Below, piece by piece: positions 61,461-64,000 of a stretch of 64,000 bases of DNA. The stretch covers positions 162,254-226,253 of the forward strand of contig CAVWHO010000017.1 of assembly GCA_963754875.1 (NCBI GenBank), in the 5' to 3' direction. The position numbers were made by a program, and so were the translations under genes. The notes below the pieces were generated by a model that saw only the letters and a program-made list of their open reading frames with translations, was not told where the DNA came from and made no database searches. This DNA is from Nitrospirota bacterium (GTDB lineage Bacteria > Nitrospirota > UBA9217). Positions within the stretch are counted from its first letter, which is position 1. Every line of letters begins with the position of its first letter.

Positions 61461-62309
61461 ATGAACATGACGCCCGCACCATCCTGTCCTCTCTCCAAAC
61501 TCGATAAGCTTCTTGTAGCCACAGATCGTTCGGCATTCAGCGAGGGAGCTGTACGCGAGGCGATAAACTTCGCGAAGAAGTGCTCCAGCAGGCTCTCTGT
61601 AATGTCGATTCTTGAATCAAATCCTCAATATGAAACCATCGGCGCGAACGTGTATGAAAAAGAAGAGGCAGAAGCGATGAAATATCTTGAATCCGTAAAG
61701 GCGAGGGCATTGCAAGAGGGGGTATCCTCCTGCGAGGCTGTCCTTCTCTTCGGCGAAGAGCCTTACCGGCTCATCGTCAATGAGGCTATAGAGAAAAAGG
61801 TCGACATGATAATCATCGGCAGGCGCGGCCGCAGCGGCCTGATGAAGGTGTTGATGGGGCAGGTGGCCGCAAAAGTCATAGGTCATGCGTCCTGTAAGGT
61901 TCTGGTTGTTCCACGGGCTGCGAAGATCGAATGCAGAAATATATTGGTTGCCACAGATGGTTCGGACCACAGTCTCGCGGCGGCCTCGGAAGCTATCGGC
62001 ATTGCGAAACGGTGTGGAAGTCATATTATTGCGCTTTCGACGGCGCATTCGGACATAGAATTAAAAGAAGCAAAAGCGCATGTTCATAAAGTCGTTGAAA
62101 TGGCGCAAAACGAGGGCATAACGGTAGAGGCAATCACGCCTCTGGGAAGCTCCCACAACATCATCATCGAAACAGCAGGCGGCAGAGGCGTTGATCTGAT
62201 CGTCATGGGAGCCTATGGGAAAACAGGTATAAAAAAACTTCTCATGGGAAGCTCGACGGAAAAGGTTATCGGACGTGCGGGTTGCGCTGTCCTGGTTGCA
62301 AGGGCATAA
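61461..62309 (+). CDS. Tandem universal stress protein
   Basis: LLVATDRS..GRRGRSG..MG and ILVATDGS..MGAYG..MGSST. Confidence 0.9.
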   Translation: MNMTPAPSCPLSKLDKLLVATDRSAFSEGAVREAINFAKKCSSRLSVMSILESNPQYETIGANVYEKEEAEAMKYLESVKARALQEGVSSCEAVLLFGEEPYRLIVNEAIEKKVDMIIIGRRGRSGLMKVLMGQVAAKVIGHASCKVLVVPRAAKIECRNILVATDGSDHSLAAASEAIGIAKRCGSHIIALSTAHSDIELKEAKAHVHKVVEMAQNEGITVEAITPLGSSHNIIIETAGGRGVDLIVMGAYGKTGIKKLLMGSSTEKVIGRAGCAVLVARA

Positions 62310-62364
62310 GGACCAATGATGACCGGGATGTCGTCTTCTCTCGACCAGCCTTTCTTCAGAACGC

Positions 62365-64000
<1,636 letters not shown>

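Overview
Bacterial accessory-rich window. The gene content (Geobacter-type multiheme cytochrome, Hcp, sigma54/sigma28 promoters, archaeal-type SAM synthetase) suggests an anaerobe of the Nitrospirota/Deltaproteobacteria type; this is inference only. 1-10.7 kb is an AT-rich Wzx/Wzy exopolysaccharide cluster ending in a convergent GH5 hydrolase. 10.8-22.2 kb is an island-like segment bounded by two tRNA-Met 3' remnants. It holds an IS3 relic, an apparently intact frameshift-type IS with target duplication, an 11-motif multiheme lipocytochrome and an atypical GlmS (Cys1->Ser plus a C-terminal extension). 22-64 kb holds regulatory, stress and redox genes: hcp, PilZ and GGDEF-EAL proteins, SulP, a Tat-exported xanthine/aldehyde oxidoreductase (large subunit frameshifted), mscL, archaeal-type MAT, archaemetzincin, cytochrome c peroxidase, Usp proteins and the end of an F1 atpDC pair. 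The strongest hidden signal is an ArsM-like methyltransferase (28594-29418), split in the ORF track. It contains two in-frame UGA codons, each followed after exactly 11 nt by a SECIS-like hairpin, i.e. a probable double-selenocysteine enzyme. Family assignments come from motif recognition; no searches were run.
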